This document shows positions 9,792-19,475 of a stretch of DNA of 37,972 nucleotides, piece after piece. Made by a program: the position numbers and the translations under genes. The first letter of the stretch is position 1. Every line of letters starts with the position of its first letter. The DNA is from Candidatus Heimdallarchaeota archaeon (lineage in GTDB: Archaea; Asgardarchaeota; Heimdallarchaeia; Hodarchaeales; Hodarchaeaceae): assembly GCA_020353515.1 (NCBI GenBank), contig CP070695.1:4009560-4047531 (forward strand), read 5' to 3'. The notes beneath the pieces were generated by a model. It made no database searches. It was not told where the DNA came from and worked only from the letters and a program-made list of their open reading frames with translations.

Positions 9792-11861
9792 CTACTGACT
9801 GAAAAAGATCTGATATTTTGGACTGAATGGAGTATTATTAAGATATAATAAATATTTAGCAAAAAACACTGCCAAACCTTTGTCATATGAATTCTCTTTT
9901 AGAGTATCAAGTAAGATATCTCTATCTGAATGAAGTCCAAAGAGTTTCACCGCAAATTTATAGGGGGAAAGATTCAGAATGGCTTTAAGACTCGAAGGTA
10001 AGCCAAGAAACTGCATAACTGGAATCAATTGTTGTTCTTGGGAAAATAACACAAATTGAATCGCCATATGAGCAGTAAAATTCATTAGGCTCCTTCGACC
10101 AGGTGTTGGATAGAAGAGCAGTTTGATATTGCTCGTTGAAGGATTATTTTGCAGGAAATTCAGGAATTTCAGAACCTCAGGTATCGCAGTAAAGTTATTG
10201 AAAGATAGCTCTGTTTTAATTGCATCCTTCCACCAAGACAATAAAGTTCCAGGATCGATATTTGAAGCTAGAAACCAATTCCACTCTTTTTCGAATAGAT
10301 GCTTTTGTGAGAGGTAAGTATCCCCAACCAAAACAAAGAACTCGTCTAAGATGTCAGCACTCCCAAAATGGCGTAAAAGAGCTGGAGGGTATGTAAACGA
10401 AGGATAGAGTTCATTGTATGAATTCTTGATTACCCCATTGACTGAAGACCAAGTATGTTCTAATACTTCTTTGTTTGGTTGCATAAAATCATAAATTCGT
10501 GTAGCCTTATTAACATAACAAGAATCAAAGAGTTGATGAAGTCCCACATCATCAGCACGTTTTAGCGTGACATGGATAGTTTCAGGAGTGGCATCGATGT
10601 TGCCAAGAAAAATGTTCCAAGAATTAACGAAATCACCAGAGTTCAAAGATTGCGGAGCTCTGAATATTCGTTCCTCCAAGGAGAAGAATTTCTTCCCGGT
10701 GTGTTTGAACTCCTCTTTGACCAGTTCTTTTGCTTGAGTAAAGAAATTAATGATATCATCACTCTTTTGAGGAGCTTTATTTGCTGCAAGATTAGGATCA
10801 TCAAGAGAAAGAACAGGGAGTGGATTGAAAGTTCCACGAAAACCTGCTTTTCTGATGTGTTTTAATATATCAGCTGTAAGAGTCATGAGATGCAGCCCAT
10901 ACCAGGATACTTTCTCATAATCCTCTCTTTCTTCGTTAATCTCAATTATTCGATCTGCAAGATTCATTACAAAATCATTACCATCAGCATTAAGTTCAGA
11001 ACAGATAAAAAACAGGTGATTCAACTGATACTTTCTAAGAAAGTTGATTTCATCTTCGATCACGTCTAAATCTCGATATCGGATCTTTCTGCCTTTAACC
11101 AAAGGTTCTGAACAAATAAAACAATTCTTTGAGCAACCCCGAGACACTTCTAAGGGGATACTCTTCTCCACATTCTCCCTTGAAAACCGAGTATAGAATG
11201 ACTGCCAGTCTGCTATGATCTTGTCTGTATATTCTTGACGGAAAGCAGGAGGAAAGAGCTGAAAAGGCCCTTTTTGGAGATTCCTTGCTTGAAAATAAAT
11301 TAAATTAGCAATCTGATTTAAATTCTGTTGATTAAGAACATCTTCAAAATGTTCAAAAAAAGCATCAGGCCCTCCAATCACACCATAATCAGGTTCAAGA
11401 TAGTTCATTAACCTTTCTGGCATAATTGAAAAAGCAAACCCTCCAATGACGAGAGGTACATCAGTTAGTTTGCGAAGAATTTGAATTAACCGTTTCGTTG
11501 CTTGGATTGGATAGTATAATGTTTGTTCAGACGATTGAAAAACAGCTTTGTGGTAATTAGTGTTCTTAGGAATGTGGCTATAATCATTTACGTCCACAGC
11601 GTCAGTGTTTCTTAAGGTAATTAAGATCATATCATAATGTTTATTTTCGAGTAACCGCTGTAGGTAAACCTCCCATTTGTCTTTTGAAATTCCATATAAA
11701 TCCTTACAGACAGTATGAATACCAAATCTGTCTGCTATCTCTGAAACTTGCACGAAAGCGTATGGATACGTTAATGCAGACTTGAGATTACTTACATTAA
11801 GTAAGAGGATTGTTCTTAGAGGGCCCATAGTATTACCTCGAAATTCATCCGAAGTAATCAT
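9792..11861 (-). CDS. B12-binding-domain radical SAM protein (start probably ATG at 11828)
   Basis: CxxxCxxC in SRGCSKNCFICSEP; N-terminal ITLRNTD and VIGGFAFSIMP; SD-like GAGGT precedes the ATG at 11828. Confidence 0.85.
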   Translation of the reverse strand: MITSDEFRGNTMGPLRTILLLNVSNLKSALTYPYAFVQVSEIADRFGIHTVCKDLYGISKDKWEVYLQRLLENKHYDMILITLRNTDAVDVNDYSHIPKNTNYHKAVFQSSEQTLYYPIQATKRLIQILRKLTDVPLVIGGFAFSIMPERLMNYLEPDYGVIGGPDAFFEHFEDVLNQQNLNQIANLIYFQARNLQKGPFQLFPPAFRQEYTDKIIADWQSFYTRFSRENVEKSIPLEVSRGCSKNCFICSEPLVKGRKIRYRDLDVIEDEINFLRKYQLNHLFFICSELNADGNDFVMNLADRIIEINEEREDYEKVSWYGLHLMTLTADILKHIRKAGFRGTFNPLPVLSLDDPNLAANKAPQKSDDIINFFTQAKELVKEEFKHTGKKFFSLEERIFRAPQSLNSGDFVNSWNIFLGNIDATPETIHVTLKRADDVGLHQLFDSCYVNKATRIYDFMQPNKEVLEHTWSSVNGVIKNSYNELYPSFTYPPALLRHFGSADILDEFFVLVGDTYLSQKHLFEKEWNWFLASNIDPGTLLSWWKDAIKTELSFNNFTAIPEVLKFLNFLQNNPSTSNIKLLFYPTPGRRSLMNFTAHMAIQFVLFSQEQQLIPVMQFLGLPSSLKAILNLSPYKFAVKLFGLHSDRDILLDTLKENSYDKGLAVFFAKYLLYLNNTPFSPKYQIFFSQ

Positions 11862-11914
11862 TGACTCTTGATAAACATGTTCCTTATGGTAAAAGCCTGT
11901 TTTAACCCTCAGAT

Positions 11915-11937
11915 GTATTAGTAATCGGATCTAATAC
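11915..11937. promoter_or_regulatory. Inverted repeat GTATTAG-N9-CTAATAC in a divergent intergenic region
   Basis: Perfect 7-bp arms between the radical SAM and pirin genes; function unproven. Confidence 0.3.
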
Positions 11938-11991
11938 TGAATTCGATTAATGCAAGGATCCACTTAAATCTTCAAAATAAAATATTCGCTT

Positions 11992-12846
11992 ATGAGCATT
12001 CGAGAAATCTATAAAGTGTCGAAAAGTACTCCAGTGACGGAGGGGGCTGGTGTTCAGTTAAAAAGAGCATTTGCGCAAAAAGAAACCACAATTCTTGACC
12101 CATTCTTATTACTAGATGATTTTCATTCTGATAATCCTGACGATTATATTGCAGGCTTCCCGTGGCACCCCCATAGGGGAATTGAAACAGTTACATATAT
12201 GCTTGAAGGGAAAGTAGAACATCAAGATAGTATTGGGAATCAGGGTATTTTGAAAGGAGGGGATATACAATGGATGACTGCTGGATCTGGAATTATCCAT
12301 TCAGAAATGCCAGCCCAAGTAGATGGCCTCTTATGGGGATTTCAATTATGGGTAAACTTACCTGCAGCAAGTAAAATGATGCCACCTCGATACCAAGATA
12401 TTCCTGCGAATGATGTTCCTGAAATTACCCTTGAGAATGGTGTCAAAGTTAGAATCTTAGCTGGAAAAATGAACGGGAAAGTAGGACCTGTTCAAGATAT
12501 TGTGACCAACCCAGAATATTTAGATGTAACTATCCCCCCAAACACGAAATTTGAACATCTTATTCAAAATGATTATACTGCATTTGCTTATTGTTTTGAG
12601 GGTGAGGGCTATTTTGATGCGAGTAAAGAACAACCTGCTTCTGCTGAGAATCTTATAATCTATAAAAACGGTGATTCAGTACAAATCACAACATCTGATA
12701 ACAACCACGTTCGATTTCTATTAGTATCAGGTAAACCTATCAAGGAGCCGATAGTTTGGTATGGACCAATAGTGATGAACACTCAGGAAGAAATTCAGAC
12801 CGCTTTTACAGAATATCGTAATGGAACATTCCTGAAATCTGATTAA
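11992..12846 (+). CDS. Pirin family protein
   Basis: DPFLLLD, GFPWHPHRGIETVTY, QWMTAGSGIIHSE, FQLWVNLP, YGPIVMNT. Confidence 0.97.
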   Translation: MSIREIYKVSKSTPVTEGAGVQLKRAFAQKETTILDPFLLLDDFHSDNPDDYIAGFPWHPHRGIETVTYMLEGKVEHQDSIGNQGILKGGDIQWMTAGSGIIHSEMPAQVDGLLWGFQLWVNLPAASKMMPPRYQDIPANDVPEITLENGVKVRILAGKMNGKVGPVQDIVTNPEYLDVTIPPNTKFEHLIQNDYTAFAYCFEGEGYFDASKEQPASAENLIIYKNGDSVQITTSDNNHVRFLLVSGKPIKEPIVWYGPIVMNTQEEIQTAFTEYRNGTFLKSD

Positions 12847-12978
12847 GAAGGGGTCACAAACACCAACATTAGTATCATCAGAACAAAAAAAGAACACATC
12901 AGATCTCCAGCCTAGTCAAAAAAGAAGACTATTTACATACGGGTGGGATTCGTACGAAAACTGTAAGTTTGGGTAACC

Positions 12979-13557
12979 ATGACGAAAAAACGCTGTGCTT
13001 GGGCTGGCTCTGATCCATTAATGGTCGATTATCATGATAAGGAGTGGGGAACCCCTGTACATGAGGATCAAGAACTTTTTGAATTTCTCATACTCGAGGG
13101 TGCTCAGGCTGGATTAAGTTGGTCAACAATTCTTAAGAGACGGGAAGGATATCGGAAAGCTTTCGTCAACTTTGATGTTCAGAAAGTAGCCTTATTTTCT
13201 GATTCTAACTTTGAAAAACTGATGCATGATGTAGGAATCATCCGAAATCGGTTAAAAATCAGGAGTGCAATTAATAATGCGCAACAGTTTATTAAAGTAC
13301 AAGAGGAATATGGCTCTTTTGATCATTATATCTGGGGATTTGCAAATCATCAGCCTATACAGAATCAATTCAAGAAGCTCGCAGATATTCCTGCTTCAAC
13401 AGAACTTTCTGTTAAAATAAGTAAAGACTTGAAAAAAAGAGGTTTTAATTTTGTTGGGCCGACTATCTGTTACGCGTTTATGCAGGCTGTAGGGATCGTT
13501 AATGATCATGTTCTCGATTGTTTTCGATATAAAGAGATTATAAATACTGATAAATAA
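12979..13557 (+). CDS. tag: DNA-3-methyladenine glycosylase I
   Basis: RCAW, YHDKEWG, LEGAQAGLSW, IIRNRLKI, FVGPTICYAFMQAVG, NDHVLDC. Confidence 0.97.
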   Translation: MTKKRCAWAGSDPLMVDYHDKEWGTPVHEDQELFEFLILEGAQAGLSWSTILKRREGYRKAFVNFDVQKVALFSDSNFEKLMHDVGIIRNRLKIRSAINNAQQFIKVQEEYGSFDHYIWGFANHQPIQNQFKKLADIPASTELSVKISKDLKKRGFNFVGPTICYAFMQAVGIVNDHVLDCFRYKEIINTDK

Positions 13558-13582
13558 GAAATTAAAAACACCAATGTAGGAA

Positions 13583-15232
13583 TTGACAATGTCTAATGAT
13601 GAAAAATTCAAAGAAATTCAAAACGAATTAATTAATCTAGTGTTTGATTATAATCCCGCGTTAGCGGCCTATATGGGTAAGGAAGAGTATGAAAAGAAAG
13701 TTGCTAATGGAACTCCGGAAAATTACTTCGCTTTTGTCGAAGACCTCTCGAGGTTTCGTAATCGAATTAATGAGATTGATGCCACTCAACTCAATCCAGA
13801 AAATAGCATATTATACAAAGTATGCCAGGATACCCTCGAACTGTTTCTTTTTTTCCATGAACAGTTTCCTCTCTGGAATAGAGAACCCTTTGGATTAGAA
13901 GATATTCAGCGGACGATATTTGTATTACTACAAAGAAAAGGTACGACTGAAAGGGTCGCGGAGGCGGTAATTGCTCAACTAGAACAGATTCCTCGGTTCT
14001 TAGAGGAATTCAGATCTCGATTTAAGGATGTAAAGATTCCCAAACTATGGCACGAAACAAGTTTAAAGATGATTCAATCTGCCCCCCAGTTCTTGGGCTA
14101 CTTAGAAATGATTTTTCAATCCTCAATTGATGATAACTTAAAACAAACTCTTTCAAATGCCATCAGTAAAGCTAATACAGAAATTGAATCCCATACTTCC
14201 TGGATTCAGGATCTCCCAGTTGATGATGATGAATTCGCTTGGGCGTTAGGCCAATCGAACTTTGACCAGATGTTGTCGCTCCGAAAACTTCCGTGGGATC
14301 GTGAAAAGATTTTAAAAACTGGTTATGAGCTCCTAGATTCTTTAACGGAACAAGTTCACCAACTCACTAGCAAAATTGATCCTACAAAAACTTCCGATGA
14401 GGTAATTGGAGAGATTAATGCGAATCAACCTCCAACATTTGAAATGGTCCTAGAACATGCTAGACATGAAGCCGAACGTGCGAAAGAATTTATCTTAGAA
14501 CACGATCTTGTTAGTATCCCTCCTAATGACAGTCTGGTAATAGCAGAGACCCCAGCATATCTTGCTCCTATTATCCCAATTGCTATGTATGGAGTCTCCC
14601 CTTATTACGATCCTACACAACCTGGCATTTATTATATCACCCGTCCCTCAAGTGAAGTCAGCTTAGAACAATTTGGGTTTCATTCCTATTATAGTCTACC
14701 CAACATCATGGCTCATGAAAGCTTTCCGGGGCATCATTTAGATTTATGTTGGAATAATCATGTTGGTTCACCTCTTACCGTGATTGCCCTTTTTGCGAGT
14801 ACTCTTGGAGCTGAAACCGTGGAAGGCTGGGCACACTACTGCGAAGAGATGATGCTTGAACAGGGATTCCACGATGAAATTGGTCGTGATAAGGTGAAGC
14901 TTGTCATTCTCTTAGGACAACTCTGGCGAGCAGTCCGCATTATTGTTGATGTTGAACTTCATTGTAAGCAGCGGACCGTTGAAGACGCTATTCAGCTTTT
15001 AGTTGATCGCGCTAAAACGGAGGTTCAAACTGCTACCGCAGAAGTCCGTAGATATACCACAGCTCCTGGATATCAATTATCCTATTTAATTGGGAAGCTT
15101 CTTATTCAGAACCTACGTCAGGAAGTCGAAGTAAAACAGGGTGACCAGTTTAACCTGAAAGAATTTCACGATACTATCACCAAAAGTGGAGATCTCCCTT
15201 ATTATTTGTTAAAGGAGCTCTTTGACGTTTAA
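13583..15232 (+). CDS. DUF885 family protein (putative metallopeptidase-like)
   Basis: AHESFPGHHL, EGWAHYCE, RAVRIIVDV, EVRRY, PGYQLSYLIG, FHDTI. Confidence 0.9.
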   Translation: MTMSNDEKFKEIQNELINLVFDYNPALAAYMGKEEYEKKVANGTPENYFAFVEDLSRFRNRINEIDATQLNPENSILYKVCQDTLELFLFFHEQFPLWNREPFGLEDIQRTIFVLLQRKGTTERVAEAVIAQLEQIPRFLEEFRSRFKDVKIPKLWHETSLKMIQSAPQFLGYLEMIFQSSIDDNLKQTLSNAISKANTEIESHTSWIQDLPVDDDEFAWALGQSNFDQMLSLRKLPWDREKILKTGYELLDSLTEQVHQLTSKIDPTKTSDEVIGEINANQPPTFEMVLEHARHEAERAKEFILEHDLVSIPPNDSLVIAETPAYLAPIIPIAMYGVSPYYDPTQPGIYYITRPSSEVSLEQFGFHSYYSLPNIMAHESFPGHHLDLCWNNHVGSPLTVIALFASTLGAETVEGWAHYCEEMMLEQGFHDEIGRDKVKLVILLGQLWRAVRIIVDVELHCKQRTVEDAIQLLVDRAKTEVQTATAEVRRYTTAPGYQLSYLIGKLLIQNLRQEVEVKQGDQFNLKEFHDTITKSGDLPYYLLKELFDV

Positions 15233-15267
15233 CCTCAATAAATGTAAGTTAAGAACTCCATACGACT

Positions 15268-15295
15268 GTAATAGCAGTGATCATCATTGCTTTAC
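15268..15295. terminator. Possible hairpin between convergent genes
   Basis: gtaa-t-agcagtga-tca-tcattgct-ttac can pair with one G-U pair and one bulge. Confidence 0.35.
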
Positions 15296-15323
15296 TTGTA
15301 GTATTAAGTCAAGTAATCAGTAC

Positions 15324-17318
15324 CTAGAGAGAGCCCTTTTTCCTTTTTTTTCCAGAAATTAATAAAATGGGAAGGGCAATAATAATTCCTATTATAGGGA
15401 GTGGTGTAGCTTCAGTGGTTTGGGAAGTTGGAATGATTGATGTTTTAATTTCAGTGGATGGATTAGTTGGAGTCGTTGAGATTTCAGTTGTTTCTTCAAG
15501 TGTCGGTTCAGGTAAGATGAACGAGGGATTGGTTTCGCTTATACCCACTTGATTCAAAGTCGACGCTAAAGTTTCAACTATGATCGCAGCTTCTCTTGCC
15601 TGACTAAAAGCTGCTGGAAAATCCATCCTCTTGAAAGAGATCCAAGCTTGAGTAAGTTTTTCAACAGTATCTTGATTAATTTTCTTTACTGCTTCAGGGG
15701 AGGTAAGTGAGTAGCTCTGTCCCATAGTTTCATATTCATTGATCAAACCAAATAGCAGCTGTTGGACCAATAAGGATTGAATCCAATCTTTTTCAAATTG
15801 ATTAAAGTAGCTATTAACGGTGTAATAGCTCATAACAGAATCAACAAAGTCACCCACCCAATAGTTACTGTGGTGGGGATGGTTAAAACCTAAAGTATGT
15901 CCTGCTTCATGAATGATCACATCACTAATACCTGTTTTGGGGATAGGAGGTACAACTGATGTATCCATGAAACGATCCCATTGATACGCAATTAATTGCC
16001 ACCCCATTCCCCCTAATCCCCCAAACCTGGTTCCATCATAACTCATACGGGATCTATTCATTAAGAAGGCCATAGTTGGGAAGTTAATACCATCAGGGTG
16101 GATATCGACAAATTGACCCAGATTATCTGAAAAGTACTCTAGGAGGGTTTGAGGAGAACCTTCAGTGACTTCAATCTGGTAATAATCATCATATTGAGTG
16201 GTAGCTGTATCAAATAACTCTTGAATCTCAGGATAATCATCAAGGGAATACCAATGGATATTAGCTTGGACATTGAAAAAGGGAAGTAGATCTTCGAAGG
16301 CTTCTACAATCGTATTTTGGTTTATGATAAATTCTAAATCCTCAAGTGTGTGGATCGCTCCACGAGTAAAATTTTCAACAATAGCGATTTCAAAAAAGAG
16401 ATTAGAATCATTAGGAGTCAATACTGCGTATGGACGAACCAGAAGATCGTTATACATGATATCATAAGTGAAGTTATACAGATATTCTTCCAAACTAAGA
16501 TCAGCAGGTTGAAATGTCTCGTGTGCCTCAATATAATCTTCTAAATCAGTATAGACAAAGGGATTTGTATAATCAAGAAACTGCCAGAAGTAATCCGTTA
16601 TTATCCAATCAAAATACCACATCGCTTCCAGAGCTGAGGGATCAAAGAAGTATGTTCGTGAATTCTCTCCACCCCATCCAGCCACAGGACGATCCACTAA
16701 TCCAGAATACTCACTGAACCAGTCTGAGAATGTGTTGCCAGTATCCAAATCGATCTCCGAGATGTCATACCAATGTTCCGTGGTTCCTGTGTCTAATATA
16801 CTCAAATTTAAAAAATTGAGCACATATGTCCACGGATCAAGAATTTCTGCTGGAGGGTAATCATCTAGGTAATTCTGAACTAGGGTTGCATTGAGTGAAA
16901 CCCCTTCTCGTTCGTAGAAGACATCAGACTTAATTCCATCATGTGGATCAATACTATCCTCTTCCAGTAGTGTGATATTAAGCTCAGAGGTTACTGCACT
17001 GAAGTTCGCAATTGTTTCAGCGTAAGTGAGGAATTCTTCGTAATAAATATCATCAATGGTAATCAGATTCGTCTCTATCGTGACATTGTATTCGCCTATG
17101 GTTTCAATGTCAGGATAAAAGTCATTAAGGCCTCCTAGCTCATGAAAAACACTCGTACCTAATATTTTATCATCATAACCTATGAAGTTTATTTGAATCG
17201 TAAGGTAATTGGTTCTCTTTTGATTTTTTGGGGAATGCACAACATTATTCGTGGAAAAAGGATTCAGGAATAAGATAAAAATCAGAAAAATCATAAATAA
17301 ATGGTTGGATTTCTTCAT
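15324..17318 (-). CDS. Secreted, C-terminally anchored zinc metalloprotease (metzincin-like)
   Basis: Signal peptide; HEAGHTLGFNH (HExxHxxGxxH) and Met-turn DSVMSY; T/P-rich stalk; TPLPIIGIIIALPILLISGKKRKK anchor. Confidence 0.85.
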   Translation of the reverse strand: MKKSNHLFMIFLIFILFLNPFSTNNVVHSPKNQKRTNYLTIQINFIGYDDKILGTSVFHELGGLNDFYPDIETIGEYNVTIETNLITIDDIYYEEFLTYAETIANFSAVTSELNITLLEEDSIDPHDGIKSDVFYEREGVSLNATLVQNYLDDYPPAEILDPWTYVLNFLNLSILDTGTTEHWYDISEIDLDTGNTFSDWFSEYSGLVDRPVAGWGGENSRTYFFDPSALEAMWYFDWIITDYFWQFLDYTNPFVYTDLEDYIEAHETFQPADLSLEEYLYNFTYDIMYNDLLVRPYAVLTPNDSNLFFEIAIVENFTRGAIHTLEDLEFIINQNTIVEAFEDLLPFFNVQANIHWYSLDDYPEIQELFDTATTQYDDYYQIEVTEGSPQTLLEYFSDNLGQFVDIHPDGINFPTMAFLMNRSRMSYDGTRFGGLGGMGWQLIAYQWDRFMDTSVVPPIPKTGISDVIIHEAGHTLGFNHPHHSNYWVGDFVDSVMSYYTVNSYFNQFEKDWIQSLLVQQLLFGLINEYETMGQSYSLTSPEAVKKINQDTVEKLTQAWISFKRMDFPAAFSQAREAAIIVETLASTLNQVGISETNPSFILPEPTLEETTEISTTPTNPSTEIKTSIIPTSQTTEATPLPIIGIIIALPILLISGKKRKKGSL

Positions 17319-17460
17319 CGTATACCCTCATTCATTCTTAAAAGTATCAGGATTCCTGACTCAAAAACATAACCATTCGTGAAATTGAAAGAAAATACCT
17401 TATCCAAATGTTTCATAATCCGAAGAATTTTATACCCCTAGATCTAAAATAACTTAGAAT

Positions 17461-17871
17461 ATGTCTGACTCTAGGAAATCATCAAAAACCGGAAAAAAAT
17501 CTCCTAATAATACTCTTCCTTCCACCCCATTGGTTAAAAAGCGTTTCAAACGAGGTTTCAAGCGATATGTCAAGAAAAATTATTCCTATGGATGGAAAGC
17601 CTTTGCTCATAGAATTCAATATCGAAAGGAAGTGTGGGCAAAAGCGTCCCCTATTTACTTTATTCTATTAATTATAGCAACCATTGTTTTTGCAATTATT
17701 AGTTTTCTCAATCTAGAAGACAATCCCGTACTATTCTCAGTCCTGATGGTGTTATTTTTCGTAACATTCCTCTTAGAAATATGGTATGTGGGAGGAAGGA
17801 AAGTACCTAGAACTGTTGGTCGAAAAATACGGAGAAAAAAGAAAGAGAGGGAAGCTGAGGAGGATGGTTAA
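17461..17871 (+). CDS. Small basic 2-TM membrane protein
   Basis: Two hydrophobic helices flanked by K/R-rich tails; TTTATA at 17429-17434, 26 nt before the ATG. Confidence 0.65.
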   Translation: MSDSRKSSKTGKKSPNNTLPSTPLVKKRFKRGFKRYVKKNYSYGWKAFAHRIQYRKEVWAKASPIYFILLIIATIVFAIISFLNLEDNPVLFSVLMVLFFVTFLLEIWYVGGRKVPRTVGRKIRRKKKEREAEEDG

Positions 17872-17877
17872 AAGGGG

Positions 17878-19326
17878 TCAGAGATCTCTTACTTTCTTCC
17901 ATTTTAGACGCTCGTGATGCATCCAGATAGTGCCCTTCTCGTCAATCTCAAATTCAATTGGATCTTTTCCTCCTACTTCTGTGAGTAGATAATAGCTGAG
18001 AGTAATTACATCATTATCACTTTCTAGGGGTATCAAAGGGGCATCTATTCCCCAATAATCGAACTTGTAAAACAAAAGACCTCCTTTAGTAGTTAATTTC
18101 ATTTTACCTACCCCTTTATAGAGTTCATATTCTCCAGCGAGTTTTTCCAGATGATCCCTAGATCTGAAAAGGGGGAATTCTTTTTTAACATCAACTCCAA
18201 TGAGCATAGCCAGGGTACTCAAAGCGAGCATTCTCGGACTAGGATGTTTATTAGAGAGAAAAACGACACCTAAGTGCAATTCAGGGAGCATAGCGACCCA
18301 TGCGCTAGCACCAATCCAGCTGCCAGAATGATGGACTAATCTCTGGCCAAAGAAATCTTCATGAATCGCTAGTCCATAACCATAGCCCGCTTCTCCGAAA
18401 TGTCCAATAGTGGGACTATATAATTGCGAATTTGGGATTTCCTTAAAATACCTGGTGAACATTGCATCAATCTTATCACTCTGAATTATCTCTGTTCCCT
18501 GATATCTTCCTCGCTGCAAATACATGATTATGAGATTGGCTAATTCAACGACCGAACTGAAGAGACCACCAGGAGCATATCCAAACTGTTCATTCTCACG
18601 ATAATAGGAAGTTTTTTCAATTCGTTTTTCCTGATCCGACATTTTATACGCAAGAGAGACTTCTTCCAATTTATCCAGCTCTTCCTTTAAAAACGTGGAT
18701 TGTTTCATTTGTAACGGGGAAAGAATGGACTTTTTGATGAAATTAGGTAAGTTATCACCTGATACCACCTCGATGATCCGACCAAGCATGGTGTATCCAT
18801 AATTCTGGTAATAAAACCGGTTTCCAGGTCTTTCACTAACATATTCGCTAGCCCCGTTGATGTGACGGAAGAAATCATTCCAGCTCATGAAGGGAATAAA
18901 GGGAACCTCAATTTTTGCTTCCATAGCGAGATCTAGATGAGCAATCCCTCCTACTATTTCAGGGATCCCCGATGTATGAGCCATAAGATGGTGTATAGTG
19001 ATAGGATCATCTGTAAATCCTAATTTACACGGAATATACTTGGAAATCGGATCATGACGATCTAATTTCCCTTGTTCCTCAAGTTTCATAATCGCTAAAC
19101 AAATAATCGATTTTGTACAGCTAGCAATATTGAATAGGGTGATTGGAGTGGCAGGGAGATTTCCTTCCAGATCACGGGCACCAAAGCTCTCTTGGTATAT
19201 AATCTGATCATTCTTAACGATTGCGATGCTTGCACCAGGAACTTTGTGACGAACCATCTCTTCACTTATTAGAGATTCCAGTGTTTCAATAAAATCCTCA
19301 GTAATTTCAACAAAGCTGTTTTTCAT
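17878..19326 (-). CDS. Serine hydrolase, beta-lactamase/AmpC/D-aminopeptidase-like family, no signal peptide
   Basis: SxxK (ASCTK), YxN (YQNYGY), HSG triad, LMAHTSG, PGGLFSS; extra C-terminal beta domain. Confidence 0.92.
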   Translation of the reverse strand: MKNSFVEITEDFIETLESLISEEMVRHKVPGASIAIVKNDQIIYQESFGARDLEGNLPATPITLFNIASCTKSIICLAIMKLEEQGKLDRHDPISKYIPCKLGFTDDPITIHHLMAHTSGIPEIVGGIAHLDLAMEAKIEVPFIPFMSWNDFFRHINGASEYVSERPGNRFYYQNYGYTMLGRIIEVVSGDNLPNFIKKSILSPLQMKQSTFLKEELDKLEEVSLAYKMSDQEKRIEKTSYYRENEQFGYAPGGLFSSVVELANLIIMYLQRGRYQGTEIIQSDKIDAMFTRYFKEIPNSQLYSPTIGHFGEAGYGYGLAIHEDFFGQRLVHHSGSWIGASAWVAMLPELHLGVVFLSNKHPSPRMLALSTLAMLIGVDVKKEFPLFRSRDHLEKLAGEYELYKGVGKMKLTTKGGLLFYKFDYWGIDAPLIPLESDNDVITLSYYLLTEVGGKDPIEFEIDEKGTIWMHHERLKWKKVRDL

Positions 19327-19475
19327 GCTTCAAACACCTTCAGACAATAGAACATTCCTTCACCTTAAGGTTTAGCATTGATCTTGAATTTGGGATTACT
19401 AACAATAAAAACTATTTACCCAAGGAAGGAAAATTCAAATGAATGATTCTGTTGTTCTATGTAATATATTTTGAC

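Noticed and set aside
17347-17359. Short palindrome TCAGGA-T-TCCTGA upstream of the metalloprotease
   Set aside because: A single 6-bp-arm instance is expected by chance in 38 kb.
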